Of a DNA stretch of 64,000 nucleotides, positions 21,694 through 32,310 are shown one piece after another. Each line of letters begins with the position of its first letter. Position 1 is the stretch's first letter. Source of the DNA: an uncultured beta proteobacterium (GTDB lineage Bacteria > Pseudomonadota > Gammaproteobacteria > Burkholderiales > SG8-41); the NCBI GenBank assembly GCA_963808765.1, contig CAWEHH010000037.1, positions 86,999-150,998 on the forward strand. Direction: 5' to 3'. The position numbers and the translations under genes are program-made. The notes below the pieces were generated by a model, which ran no database searches, had not been told where the DNA came from, and saw nothing but the letters and a program-made list of their open reading frames with translations.

Positions 21694-22500
21694 ATGAGCA
21701 GACTCTTCGACCGACTCGCCGCCGACGAAATCGCGCTCGGCGTATGGCTGAAAGGCGGACCCAGCTGGGTGTCGACGATCGCCCTCGCGGGTTTCGATTT
21801 CGTGCGGCCCGACATGATGTTCTCCGCGATGGACTGGCGCGAGCTCGATCACATCCATCGCACGGCACAAAGCGTAGGCCTCACGACATGGCTCCGCCTG
21901 CCTTCGAATCCCTGGCTCGGCGGGACCGAGTCGCTGCAGGTGACGGTGGACGTGCAGCGCGCCTTCAGTTTCGGCATCGAGATCGTCGGCGCGTCGATCG
22001 CGTCGGCCGCGCAGACACGGGCGTGCATCGAAGTTTCGCGCGACTGGCATCGTTCCGGTACGGGCGAGTACCCCAGCTCGAACGAAACGTTCGTCGCGAT
22101 GAACAAGAAGCAGGAAGCCGTCGCGGTGTTCGTTCCGCACATCGAATGTGAGACCGCAGTGCGCGAGATTGACGAGATCCTCGCGATCGAAGGCGTGCGC
22201 ATCGTGATGCTCGCGATGACCGACCTCAGCAAGGCGCTGGGTTATCCATTCCAGTACGAGCACGCGGAAGTATGGAAAGCGCTCGATTCGATCGTGAAGA
22301 AGGCGGACCAGCGCGGCATCGCCATCGCGGCGAACATGGGTTACGACTACACGACCCACGAGCGCATGGCGCAGCGCGTGCAGCGGATGCGGGAGCACGG
22401 CGTGCGGATCTGCCTCATGCAGGGCGCGGACAACATGCTGCAGAACTTCGCGAAGCCGCTGCTCACCGACATCCGCGCCGCTACTGGCGCCACGCGCTAG
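21694..22500 (+). CDS. HpcH/HpaI aldolase-family protein (divergent)
   Basis: ALAGFDFV, WLRLP, HIE..AVREIDEIL, MTDLS motifs. Confidence 0.75.
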   Translation: MSRLFDRLAADEIALGVWLKGGPSWVSTIALAGFDFVRPDMMFSAMDWRELDHIHRTAQSVGLTTWLRLPSNPWLGGTESLQVTVDVQRAFSFGIEIVGASIASAAQTRACIEVSRDWHRSGTGEYPSSNETFVAMNKKQEAVAVFVPHIECETAVREIDEILAIEGVRIVMLAMTDLSKALGYPFQYEHAEVWKALDSIVKKADQRGIAIAANMGYDYTTHERMAQRVQRMREHGVRICLMQGADNMLQNFAKPLLTDIRAATGATR

Positions 22501-22620
22501 GGGGCGGCGCTCGCCTTCGGACTCGGGCCTCGCCGCCCACGAACAGAAGGAAACCATGGTTTCCCTCCGTAACCTCCTTTCCTTTGTTGCGCGTCGGATG
22601 CGAATCCGACACGCTGCTAG
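22497..22620 (+). repeat. 124-bp CTAG-bounded repeat, copy A (left of IS701)
   Basis: Identical to 24077..24200; contains a GC hairpin, the GGAAACCATGGTTTCC palindrome, the anti-SD tract and a GTCGGATGCGAATCCGAC palindrome. Confidence 0.95.
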
Positions 22621-24076
22621 TTGTACTGTGTCACGGTTAATGCCATCATGCCGGGATCTTCATTAGCGGGGGTGAAGATTCATGGCAGATCTTGCAGAGT
22701 TTGATCGTTATATGGCGCATTTGTGTGAAGGACTGGGCTACTCGACTCGTCATCAGAGTTTGCTCGAGTATTGCAGCGGACGGATGTTGCCGATCCAGCG
22801 TAAGAGCGTGGAGCCGCTCGCGGCGCATGCTGATCCGCTGAACGTTCCTGCGAAACATCAGGCGCTGCATCACTTCGTGGCGAATGCGCGCTGGTCGGAT
22901 CGGGGACTGCTGGAGCGCATTCGACAATACGTCGAGCCGCACTTGGGTCTGGAGCACGGCGTCTATTGGATCATTGACGACACTGCGCATCCGAAGTGTG
23001 GCCGGCATTCGGTGGGCGTCGCACGGCAATACTGCGGCAGGCTCGGCAAGCAGGACAACTGTCAGGTGGCGGTGAGCTTGTCGTTGGCCACGGCCGAAGC
23101 CAGTGTGCCCGTGGATTACCAGCTGTATCTGCCGCAAGATTGGGCGAGCGATGTGAAGCGCAGGCGCGAAGCGAAAGTACCGGAGACGGTGCGCTTTGCG
23201 ACCAAGGCGCAGATCGCGCTGCAGCAGATCCGGGCAGCCCAGGAACGCGGGGTTGCGCCGGGTATCGTGCTGGCCGACGCGGGATACGGCAGAGACACGG
23301 CATTTCGCGAAGCTGTGGATGAGCTGGGGCTTACCTATGCAGTGGGAGTGAGCTCGGACATCACGGTATGGGCGCCGGGTAGCACTCCGATGCCGACGAC
23401 ATCGGCTCCAGGCCGAGGCCGGCCACCGACACGCCTGCGCCGCGGGCCGGGCCATGAGCCGCTGAGCGTGAAGCAACTCGCCTTGGCGCTGAAGCGCTCG
23501 GCGTGGAAGCGAGTCGCTTGGCGTGAAGGTACGAATAAAGTGCTCTCTTCGCGCTTTGCACGGGTGCGGGTGCGCGCGGCGCATCGCGATTACCTGCGAA
23601 CGAGCCTGCGTGAAGAGCAGTGGCTGCTCATCGAATGGCCACTCAAAGAAGCCGAGCCCACGAAGTATTGGCTGTCGAATCTGCCGGTCGATATAAGCAT
23701 CAGCCATCTGGTCAACACCGCGAAGATGCGCTGGCGCATCGAACAGGACTACCACGAGCTTAAATCCGAATTCGGCTTGTCTCATTACGAGGGCCGCGGC
23801 TGGACTGGCTTTCACCATCACGCAACGGTGTGCATCGCCGCCTACGGCTTTCTACTCGCACAGCGACTGCAGAATGCTTCCAAAAAAAACTCCAATCGAC
23901 CAACGGCGCTTGCCCTACCCGAAGATTACAGACCTCGCGGCAGCCGGCCGAGCGCAGCGCCATGTGCCGGACTCGATACCCACACTGCGCCATCTCGTGA
24001 GCACCGAGATCGCGCGTCGACTTCAACGATGCCCGTGCTGCGGAGCGGTCGCTCGGCGAGCGTGACACAGTACAGA
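22621..24076 (+). mobile_element. IS701-family insertion sequence
   Basis: Terminal IRs TGTACTGTGTCACG / CGTGACACAGTACA flanked by CTAG; contains the DDE transposase. Confidence 0.9.
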
Positions 24077-24080
24077 CTAG
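22682..24080 (+). CDS. IS701-family DDE transposase (stop probably supplied by the flanking CTAG)
   Basis: RKSVEP, IIDDT, SVGVARQYCGRLGKQDNCQ, DAGYG, RWRIEQDY...LSHYEGRGW. Confidence 0.9.
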
Positions 24081-24200
24081 GGGGCGGCGCTCGCCTTCGG
24101 ACTCGGGCCTCGCCGCCCACGAACAGAAGGAAACCATGGTTTCCCTCCGTAACCTCCTTTCCTTTGTTGCGCGTCGGATGCGAATCCGACACGCTGCTAG
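24077..24200 (+). repeat. 124-bp CTAG-bounded repeat, copy B (right of IS701)
   Basis: Exact direct repeat of 22497..22620. Confidence 0.95.
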
Positions 24201-24728
24201 GGAGCGCTGCTGGTGCTGCCGGTGCGCAACGTGAAGGGTCTGATCGTGCCTGCGCACGCGAAGCCCGGCGCGGGGAATCGGTGGGCTTACTTGGAGAGAA
24301 CATGCCGATAGCGCGTTTCATCGTGGGGATGCTCTCAGCCGGAATGGCAGCGGGGGGCGCGGGACTGGCATCGGGCCAGGACTATCCGAACAAGCCGATA
24401 CGCATCTTTGCCTCCACCGCCGGGGGAGGAACCGATTTCGCGGCGCGCGTGCTGGCGCGGGGGCTTGCGCCCGGTCTTGGCCAGCCGGTAGTCGTGGAGA
24501 ATCGCCCGGCGTTCATCTCGATCGAGACCGTGTCGAAGGCGCCGCCCGACGGCTACACGCTGCTGGTGATCGGTGTGCCGCTTTGGCTCGCGCCGTACAT
24601 GCAGGACAACGTTCCGTGGGATCCGGTTAGAGATTTTCAGCCGGTTACGACCCTGACCCGGCAGCCCACGTTCCTGGTCGTGCATTCAGCACTGCCGGTC
24701 AGGTCAGTGAAAGAGTTGATTGACCTAG

Positions 24729-26292
24729 GAGTCTGCGCGGCAGACAGCCGCGCGACGAGTTGAATGGTTGATACTGCGGCGCGAGCGAGCATTTTTTTGG
24801 CGATCGTGCGTGTGGTGCCTTGGCGCAGGGGATCTCGAACGGTGCTTGCGGCATGACGGGCGTGATCAACGGGCGTTTTCTCTCGGATGTTGCGATCAGC
24901 CCGGCATCATGCCGGCCATTCTGCGCAGGTTCAGCGCAGTGCACACGAGCCGCCACTCGGCTTTGACCTTGGCCAATCCGCGCAGGCTGAACTGACGGAA
25001 GCCCAGCACGTTCTTCACCCAGCCGTTGGGCGGCTCGGAGAGCCACTTGCGGCGGCGGTAAGCTGCTCGCGCCTCATCAGTTTGCAGCTTGGCGGCTATC
25101 TGGGCGGTGTGCGGGTATTTCGCGCTATCGAGCGCGAGCTGCTGTTTACCTTCCTGCCCCAAGGCCACGATCAACTCCACGGCAGTCTCTGCAAGGTGTT
25201 CGAACTCCGCTTCCGAGCGAAACCCGGCATCGGCGAGCAGTTGTGTGGGAAGATCGCCGGTGCTGTCCTTGACCGCCTCCAGCATAGGCGCCAAGCACCC
25301 GCTATCAGCAGCGTTGTTGGTCAGCTCGGCCGCAACGATGATGTGTGCCTGATCATCCACGGCGGCAAAGGCGTTATAGCTATAGTCGAAGCCGCCGCCC
25401 GCACGCTTCATCACCCGGCTGTCGCTATCGGTGAAACTCTCCTGCGCGTCGGGCTTAGGGGTGCCGAACTCGCGTTTGTAGCGCGGCCCCTTCGTGAGCG
25501 TGCCATCAGGCCCGCGACCCCGACGCTCATCATCGGGCGTTCGCCCACGCGCCGCATCGGCCTCGCGGCTACGCTGCTCCAGACGCTCTTTGGCGGCACG
25601 GATTACCGCGAGCCGGTTCTCGCGGCGCGCGATCTCGGCCGGCACATCGAGCTCCGGTTCGTTCTTTTCGGTTTCATCCACCGCACGCACACGTGCCAAC
25701 AGAGCGTCGATCTGCGCCGTGAGCTCCGTTTCGGCCTTTTGCATGCGCTCGTAGCTCATCGCCTTGTGCCGCGAGGCGTTGGCCTTGATCTTGGTGCCGT
25801 CCACCGCGATGGTGCCCAGCTTCACCAGCCCGCATTCGCGCGCGAGCTTCACGACCTGCACAAACAATCCGGACAGCTCTTCCAGGTGCAGTGCCCGAAA
25901 GTCGCAGATCGTCCGATGCGCCGGGTAGTTGCCTGCCGCCAGCACTCGAAACGCCACATCCTCGTGCAGCTTGCGCGCCAGCTTGCGCGAGGAGAACACT
26001 CCTGTCGCGTAGCCATACACCAACACCTTGACCATCATCGCCGGATGATACGGCTGGTTGCGCGCTCCGCCCTGGGCGTAGCGCGCGTGAAACGCGCTCA
26101 GCTCCAGGCTGTCGATCGTGTCGCTGATGAAGTAGGCCAGATGCCCCTCCGGCAACCACTCTTGCAGCGCCGCCGGCAGCAGCATCTGCTGCCCCGGCGC
26201 ATACGGAAGATAGCTTGTCGTCATCCCAAATCAACGTACCATGCGGTTTAATCGATGACAGCACACCTCAAAGTCTTCTGCCGCGCAGACTC
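24729..26292 (-). mobile_element. IS1182-family insertion sequence with 16-bp IRs and a CTAG target duplication
   Basis: GAGTCTGCGCGGCAGA / TCTGCCGCGCAGACTC; CTAG at 24725-24728 and 26293-26296. Confidence 0.93.
24896..26224 (-). CDS. IS1182-family transposase
   Basis: YHPAMMVKVLVYGY, SSRKL, DGTKIKANAS, TDSDSR, ADAGF, RQFSLRG. Confidence 0.93.
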   Translation of the reverse strand: MTTSYLPYAPGQQMLLPAALQEWLPEGHLAYFISDTIDSLELSAFHARYAQGGARNQPYHPAMMVKVLVYGYATGVFSSRKLARKLHEDVAFRVLAAGNYPAHRTICDFRALHLEELSGLFVQVVKLARECGLVKLGTIAVDGTKIKANASRHKAMSYERMQKAETELTAQIDALLARVRAVDETEKNEPELDVPAEIARRENRLAVIRAAKERLEQRSREADAARGRTPDDERRGRGPDGTLTKGPRYKREFGTPKPDAQESFTDSDSRVMKRAGGGFDYSYNAFAAVDDQAHIIVAAELTNNAADSGCLAPMLEAVKDSTGDLPTQLLADAGFRSEAEFEHLAETAVELIVALGQEGKQQLALDSAKYPHTAQIAAKLQTDEARAAYRRRKWLSEPPNGWVKNVLGFRQFSLRGLAKVKAEWRLVCTALNLRRMAGMMPG

Positions 26293-26846
26293 CTAGCCAA
26301 GGCGAGGCCGGGCGAGCTCAATTACGGCTCCGGTGGAACGGGCACGTCGTCGCATCTCTCTGCGGAATTATTCAAGTCCATGGCTCGCGTCAACATGACA
26401 CGCGTCAATTACAAAGGCGCGACGCAGGCGGTCAGTGATTTGCTGGGGGGCAGTTGCAGGTGATGTTCGCCAATCCGAGCTCGGCGGCCGCGCACGTCAA
26501 AGCCGGCAGACTCAAGGCTTTGGCAGTGAGTGGTGCGCAACCATCCGCGCTGGATCCCAGCCTGCCTCCCCTCGCACGCACTCTGCCCGGTTATGAATTC
26601 GTCGAGATACTGGGTTTGCTGGCTCCGGCGAAAACGCCTGCTGCGATCATCGGTCGGTGGAACCAGGCAGTTGCGCGGTTGCTGGACAATGCGGAGCTGA
26701 AAGAGAAGTTTTTCAGTAGCGGATCCGAACTCGTCACGAGCTCGCCGGAACAGTTTGCGGGCGCGATGAAGTCCGACATGACGAAGCTCGGCAGGATCAT
26801 AAAGGAAGCACGCCTGAGCGGCGACTGAGAAGACAAAAGGACGTCC

Positions 26847-28475
26847 ATGCCCAATGCCGTCGAGGTTCTAGCTGAAGCGTTTCAGAACGCCGGCACGCAC
26901 TTTATCGCCGGAATTCCCGGGGAACAGGCGACGCTCGACCTGATAGAGGCCGCGCGCAAGCGCGGAATGCGCTTCATCCTCGGCAAGGCGAGACCGCGGG
27001 CGCGCTGCTCGCTTCGACCTGGGGCGAGATCACCGGTTCGCCCGGCGTGTGCCTGTCGACGCGCGGTCCCGGTGCGGCGAGCATGGTGAATGGCGTGGCG
27101 CATGCGTGGATCGATCGCTGTCCGCTCATCGCGATCACGGATCAATACCCGGCGCCCGCCTACCTGACCGGCTCCCACATGCGCCTGGATCAGGTCGGGC
27201 TCTACGCGTCCGTATGCGAAATGGAGCACAGCCATCGACGCCCGCACGGTGCGGCAGCAGGTGCGCCGCGCCATTCGCATCGCGACCGCGCATGCGCCCG
27301 GCCCGGTGCACCTCGCTGTGCCCTCCAGCGAGAAAGCGCTGGCCGCCGGCGATTACGCGAACGACGTTCCGCTGGTTCCTGATCCAGCGGTGATCGCTGC
27401 CGACAGGAGCGCACTGGAGGCACCCCTACAGATGCTGAAGGCGGCTCGGCGACCTGTCCTGCTGGTCGGGCTCGGTGTGCTGTGGAGCAACGCCTGCGCC
27501 GAGCTCGTGTCACTGGCCGAGCGGCTGGGAGCCCCCGTGCTCACCACCGCGAAGTGCAAGGGCGTTATCTCCGAGGATCATCCGCTGAGCGGCGGTTGCC
27601 TGCGAGGCGGCGCATTGGAGCGCAAGCTCGTGGCCGAGGCGGACCTTATCGTGACGATCGGCCTCGATCCGGTCGAGTTGCACGCGGACCGATGGCCGTA
27701 CACGGCGCCGGTGTTGGCGCTGTCAACTGTGCCCGGCCTTGACGGAGAAATACCGGCCACCGCCGAAGTGGTGGGCGATCTCAAGAGCATCCTCGACGGG
27801 CTCGGCAAGTGGGGGCCCGAAGGAACGAACTGGGGCGAGCGCGCTGCTCGCGCGTTCCGCGAAGGCATCGCTGCGCAACTCGATACGCCGAGCCGCGGGC
27901 TCTCGCCGCAGCGCCTGTTCGACGTCGCGCGCAGCGTGCTTCCCCGCGATACGATTGCGACGGTCGATGCCGGGGCCAGCCATTCGATAGGCGCCCAGAA
28001 ATGGCTGTCGTACGGTCCGAAGGAGTTCCTCGCCTCCAATGGTCTCGCCACCATGGGATTCGCGGTACCCGCGGCCATCGCCGCGCGCATTGCTCACCCC
28101 GAGCGGCCGGTTGTGGCCTTCGTCGGCGACGGGGGATTCCTGGTGGCGCCGGCCGAGCTGCAGACGTCGGTGCGCGAGAACCTGCCGATCGTCGTCGTCG
28201 TTCTCGACGACGGCGAGCTCGGTGCGATGCGGGTCAGACAGGACTTGAGGGGGCTGCAGCGCTATGGCACGCAAATCGGCGGCATCGACTGGGAGCATCT
28301 CGCCAGGGGTTTTGGCGCGGACGGTACCGTCGTCGACACCGAGAAGGCGCTCGGGGACGCGCTAACCGGCGCGATGCGCACCCGACGCACTACGCTCATC
28401 GCGGCACGCATGGACACGTCGGGCTATGTCGATCAGTTCAGGGCGATGTGGGGCAAAGACCGCGACGCTTCCTGA
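26847..28475 (+). CDS. ThDP-dependent enzyme, copy 2 (frameshifts near 26990 and 27210)
   Basis: Clear paralog of 7672..9312; GDGGF...VVLDD motif. Confidence 0.85.
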
Positions 28476-28631
28476 CCTGACTTGCCGGGCGTGACGTCTT
28501 CGGACCGAGTTGAGTCGTCAGCGGCGCGGGCGAGCGCAAGGACTACCAGTGACAACAGGACGCGCTAGAAGCGGGAAGCCCGATGACGCGAAGACCGCAG
28601 AGGCAGCGCGAAGTAGAGGCAACTGTGATGC

Positions 28632-28801
28632 GCAAATACTCGCGGCAATCGAAGCGATCGCGGCCCATTGTGAATCGTCTTCGGCCGCGTTCTCGAATAC
28701 CAGGCGGACCGCGCGTTCCCGGACTTCCGGGGAAAACCTCTTCGACGTATTGTTCATGACTCCTCAAGAATTGGAGTCTCCGGGAATCCCGGGGCGGTTC
28801 A
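28632..28801 (-). mobile_element. Truncated IS3-family left end with orfA start
   Basis: TGAACCGCCCCGGG terminus; MNNTSKRFSPEVRERAVRLV...SQWAAIASIA, then truncated. Confidence 0.8.
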
Positions 28802-28940
28802 AAGCGCGAAGCCGATCCGTGTTACAGAATCCACGCGCCGCGGCTTGACCCGTCGCTCGATGTAATGGGCGAGCTGCTTTCGGAGGAGTAAGTAAGCTAA
28901 CGTGCCGCACCGCCCGTGCCTTCGCAGCCTCGCGAGCGCG

Positions 28941-29072
28941 AGCGAGCCAAAGGAAAGGAGTTTACGGAGGAAAACCCCTTCAGCTGCGAGCTGAAGCGAG
29001 CCGAAGGAAAGGAGGTTACGGAGGAAAACCTGGGTTTTCCTCTGTTCATATTGATGGGTGGCGCGCCACCCC
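28941..29072 (-). repeat. Dispersed anti-SD repeat, copy C (core present twice in tandem), just 3' of tRNA-His
   Basis: Minus strand GAACAGAGGAAAACCCAGGTTTTCCTCCGTAACCTCCTTTCCTT, then a second TTTTCCTCCGTAAACTCCTTTCCTT. Confidence 0.85.
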
Positions 29073-29092
29073 GCCGAACACGGTGAGGCAAG

Positions 29093-29169
29093 TGGGGTGG
29101 CTGACGGGACTCGAACCCGCGACAACCGGAATCACAATCCGGGACTCTACCAGCTGAGCTACAGCCACC
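29093..29169 (-). tRNA. tRNA-His (GTG)
   Basis: GGTGGCTGTAGCTCAGCTGGTAGAG...GATTGTGATTC...GGTTCGAGTCCC...CCA, with encoded G-1. Confidence 0.97.
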
Positions 29170-29200
29170 GTCGGGAGAAACGGAACGCCTGTGGGAGGTG

Positions 29201-29277
29201 TGGCGCGCCCGGCGGGACTCGAACCCACAACCCCCGGCTTAGAAGGCCGGTGCTCTATCCGATTGAGCTACGGGCAC
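29201..29277 (-). tRNA. tRNA-Arg (TCT)
   Basis: GTGCCCGTAGCTCAATCGGATAGAG...CCTTCTAAGCC...GGTTCGAGTCCC...CCA. Confidence 0.97.
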
Positions 29278-29346
29278 TCGGCTCGCGTTTGCGCGGTAGT
29301 TCTTCCGCATCCGACAGGATACGGAGGACCTCGAAAAGGCCGCGTA

Positions 29347-29376
29347 ATGATACCCTTCGCGCCTCCGCGGGGTCAA
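29347..29376 (-). promoter_or_regulatory. Candidate sigma70 promoter of the tRNA pair
   Basis: TTGACC-18 bp-TATCAT followed by a GC-rich discriminator. Confidence 0.55.
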
Positions 29377-29422
29377 TTGAAACCGCAAGCGTGATAAACC
29401 AGTGACCAATGTCTTAGATTCC

Positions 29423-29451
29423 TTGCCGCCCCTGTGCATTTCTGATATTAA
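29423..29451 (+). promoter_or_regulatory. Candidate sigma70 promoter of dksA
   Basis: TTGCCG-17 bp-TATTAA. Confidence 0.45.
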
Positions 29452-29483
29452 ACCGCTTTTTCTACGGGACGCTCCGGAAGGCC

Positions 29484-29909
29484 ATGCCCTCAGAAATACT
29501 GCATAAAGCGATTCCTCCGTACAAGCCGAAGGGCAAGGAGGAATACATGAGTGCGAGGCAGCTCGCCTACTTCCGCAAGATGCTGGAAGAGATGAAGCGC
29601 GACCTCTCGCAGGACATCGACCGCACCGTCCATACGATGCAGGACGAGGCGACGATCTTCGCCGATCCCAACGACCGCGCGAGCCAGGAATCCGACATGT
29701 CGCTCGAGCTCCGGAACCGCGACCGCGAGAGGAAGCTCATCAAGAAGATCGACGAGACGATCGGGCGCATCGATTCGGGCGAGTATGGCTACTGCGATTC
29801 CTGCGGCGTGGAGATCGGCTTGAAACGACTGGAAGCCCGGCCGACGGCGACGCTCTGCATCGACTGCAAGACGCTCGACGAATTGAGAGAACGGCAGGTC
29901 GCGAAGTAG
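29484..29909 (+). CDS. dksA: RNA polymerase-binding transcription factor DksA
   Basis: DPNDRASQE coiled-coil tip; CDSC...CIDC zinc finger. Confidence 0.97.
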   Translation: MPSEILHKAIPPYKPKGKEEYMSARQLAYFRKMLEEMKRDLSQDIDRTVHTMQDEATIFADPNDRASQESDMSLELRNRDRERKLIKKIDETIGRIDSGEYGYCDSCGVEIGLKRLEARPTATLCIDCKTLDELRERQVAK

Positions 29910-29935
29910 CCGGCCCGTTCAACCCTCCCGGAAGC

Positions 29936-29968
29936 AAAAAGGGGCAGCCGCGGCTGCCCCTTCTCTTT
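29936..29968. terminator. Likely bidirectional intrinsic terminator between convergent dksA and pnp
   Basis: AAAAA-GGGGCAGCCG CGGCTGCCCC-TTCTCTTT. Confidence 0.75.
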
Positions 29969-30019
29969 GGTGCGCCCCGCAGGGCGCACTGACTCTCTGC
30001 GAGCGGCGAGCGGAACCCG

Positions 30020-32170
30020 CTACTGCACCGTTTGCGCTTCGGTCTGCTGCTGTGGCTGTTGAGGCTGAGGCTCCCGCTGCTGTGCTTCCTGCGCCGCAGC
30101 CTTCATGGACAGACGCAGGCGGCCTTTCTCGTCCGCTTCGAGTACCTTCACGCGCACCTGCTGGCCTTCCTTCAGATGGTCGGAGACGGCGTTCACGCGC
30201 TCGTTCGCGATCTGCGAGATGTGGAGCAGTCCGTCACGGCCCGGCAACACGCTGACGATCGCACCGAAATCGAGGAGCTTGAGCACCGTGCCGTCGTAGA
30301 TCTTGCCGACTTCCACGTCCGCGGTGAGTTCTTCGATCCGCTTTCTGGCCGCTTCGCCGCCTTCGGACGAAACGCATGCGATCGTGACCGTGCCGTCGTC
30401 CTGGATGTCGATCGTCGTCCCGGTTTCTTCCGTAATGGCGCGGATCACCGCCCCGCCCTTGCCGATCACGTCGCGGATCTTGTCCGGCTTGATCTTCATC
30501 GTGATCATGCGCGGCGCGTAAGCGGAGAGCTCCGAGCGCGGGCTGTCGATCGCCTCTTTCATTTTCCCGAGAATGAGCATGCGCCCTTCGCGCGCCTGTA
30601 GCAGCGCGGCGTGCATGATCTCTTTCGTGATGCCCTGGATCTTGATGTCCATCTGAAGCGCGGTGACGCCGCGGTCGGTGCCGGCAACCTTGAAGTCCAT
30701 GTCGCCGAGATGGTCCTCGTCGCCGAGGATGTCCGTGAGCACCGCAAAGCGGTTGCCTTCCTTGATGAGACCCATCGCGATGCCCGCGACGTGCGCCTTC
30801 ATCGGCACGCCCGCATCCATGAGCGCGAGACATCCGCCGCACACCGAGGCCATCGAGCTCGAGCCGTTCGACTCGGTGATTTCCGAGACGACGCGCAGCG
30901 AATACGCGAACTCTTCGGCGCTCGGCAGCACGGCCAGCAGCGCGCGCTTGGCAAGACGGCCATGGCCGATCTCGCGGCGTTTTGGAGACCCGACGCGGCC
31001 CGTCTCGCCCGTGGCATACGGCGGCATGTTGTAATGCATCATGAAGCGCTCGCGGTATTCGCCCTGGAGCGCATCGATGATCTGCTCGTCGCGCGAGGTA
31101 CCGAGCGTCGCGGTGACCAGCGCCTGCGTCTCACCGCGCGTGAAGAGCGCCGTCCCATGCGCGCGCGGAAGCACGCCCGTGCGGATGCTGATCGGACGCA
31201 CCGTGCGCGTGTCGCGGCCGTCGATGCGCGGCTCGCCGTCGAGGATCTGATTGCGCACGATCTTCGCTTCGATGTTGCTGAACTCGTTCGCGACCACCTG
31301 AGCATGGTCGGACGTGGAACCCTCGGGCACGAGCTCCTGGGTCACGCGCTGCGCGATCTCGTCGATGCGCACGCGGCGATCCTGCTTGCGGTGAATCTGA
31401 TACGCCTGCCGCAGATCGTTTTCTGCGGCCTGTGTGAGTCGATCGATGAGGCCCTGATCCTTCTGCGGGGGCGCCCAGTCCCATACCGGCTTGCCAGCCT
31501 CTTCGACCAGCTCGTGAATGGCGTTGATCACCGCCTGCATCTGCTCGTGACCGTAGACGACGGCGCCGAGCATCACGTCTTCGGGCAGCTCGTGGGCCTC
31601 GGACTCCACCATGAGCACCGCCTGCTGCGTGCCCGCGACGACCAGATTGAGCTGCGAGCTTTCGAGCTCCGTCGCCGTGGGATTGAGAGAATACTGTCCA
31701 TCGGCAAAACCCACTCTCGCCGCGCCGATCGGCCCGTTGAAGGGAATGCCGGAGATCGCGAGCGCCGCCGACGCCCCGATCATCGCCGGAACGTCGGAGT
31801 CGACTTCGCTGTTCGACGACATCACCGTCGCGACAATCTGCACTTCGTTGAAAAAGCCGTCCGGAAAGAGCGGCCGGATGGGCCGGTCGATGAGCCGGCA
31901 AGTGAGGATCTCCTTTTCCGAAGGACGGCCTTCGCGCTTGAAGAATCCACCGGGAATCTTCCCGGCGGCGTAGGTGCGTTCCTGGTAATCGACCGTGAGC
32001 GGGAACCAGTCCTGGCCGGGCTTTGCGCTGCGCGCGCCGACGACCGTGACCAGAACGACGGTATCTTCCAGATTGACGAGCACCGCACCGCTTGCCTGTC
32101 GCGCGATCTCGCCCGTCTCGAGCGTCAGTCGCTGACTGCCCCAAGTGAGTGTCTTGGTTATATGTTTCAT
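30020..32170 (-). CDS. pnp: Polyribonucleotide nucleotidyltransferase
   Basis: [29 protein letters not shown] and S1 domains. Confidence 0.98.
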   Translation of the reverse strand: MKHITKTLTWGSQRLTLETGEIARQASGAVLVNLEDTVVLVTVVGARSAKPGQDWFPLTVDYQERTYAAGKIPGGFFKREGRPSEKEILTCRLIDRPIRPLFPDGFFNEVQIVATVMSSNSEVDSDVPAMIGASAALAISGIPFNGPIGAARVGFADGQYSLNPTATELESSQLNLVVAGTQQAVLMVESEAHELPEDVMLGAVVYGHEQMQAVINAIHELVEEAGKPVWDWAPPQKDQGLIDRLTQAAENDLRQAYQIHRKQDRRVRIDEIAQRVTQELVPEGSTSDHAQVVANEFSNIEAKIVRNQILDGEPRIDGRDTRTVRPISIRTGVLPRAHGTALFTRGETQALVTATLGTSRDEQIIDALQGEYRERFMMHYNMPPYATGETGRVGSPKRREIGHGRLAKRALLAVLPSAEEFAYSLRVVSEITESNGSSSMASVCGGCLALMDAGVPMKAHVAGIAMGLIKEGNRFAVLTDILGDEDHLGDMDFKVAGTDRGVTALQMDIKIQGITKEIMHAALLQAREGRMLILGKMKEAIDSPRSELSAYAPRMITMKIKPDKIRDVIGKGGAVIRAITEETGTTIDIQDDGTVTIACVSSEGGEAARKRIEELTADVEVGKIYDGTVLKLLDFGAIVSVLPGRDGLLHISQIANERVNAVSDHLKEGQQVRVKVLEADEKGRLRLSMKAAAQEAQQREPQPQQPQQQTEAQTVQ

Positions 32171-32310
32171 GTTGTCCTTTGTCTGCAAATAAAAAAGACC
32201 GCGAAAAAGCGGTCTTCAGCGCAATGTGAGTTTCAATTGCTGGCGAGGCGAGCAGCGCGGCATGCGCCGCGCTCGAGATGCAGGCCCCAGAGTGCCATGC
32301 CCGGCACGCG

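Larger units (their letters stand above)
24302..26828 (+). pseudogene. Bug/TctC gene interrupted by an IS1182 element
   Basis: Removing the IS and one CTAG restores ...SVKELIDLAKARPGELNYG...; further frameshift near 26450. Confidence 0.88.

Noticed and set aside
22682-24763. 693-aa transposase-Bug fusion as a real gene
   Set aside because: Explained by read-through at the IS right end, across the repeat and into an IS1182-disrupted Bug gene
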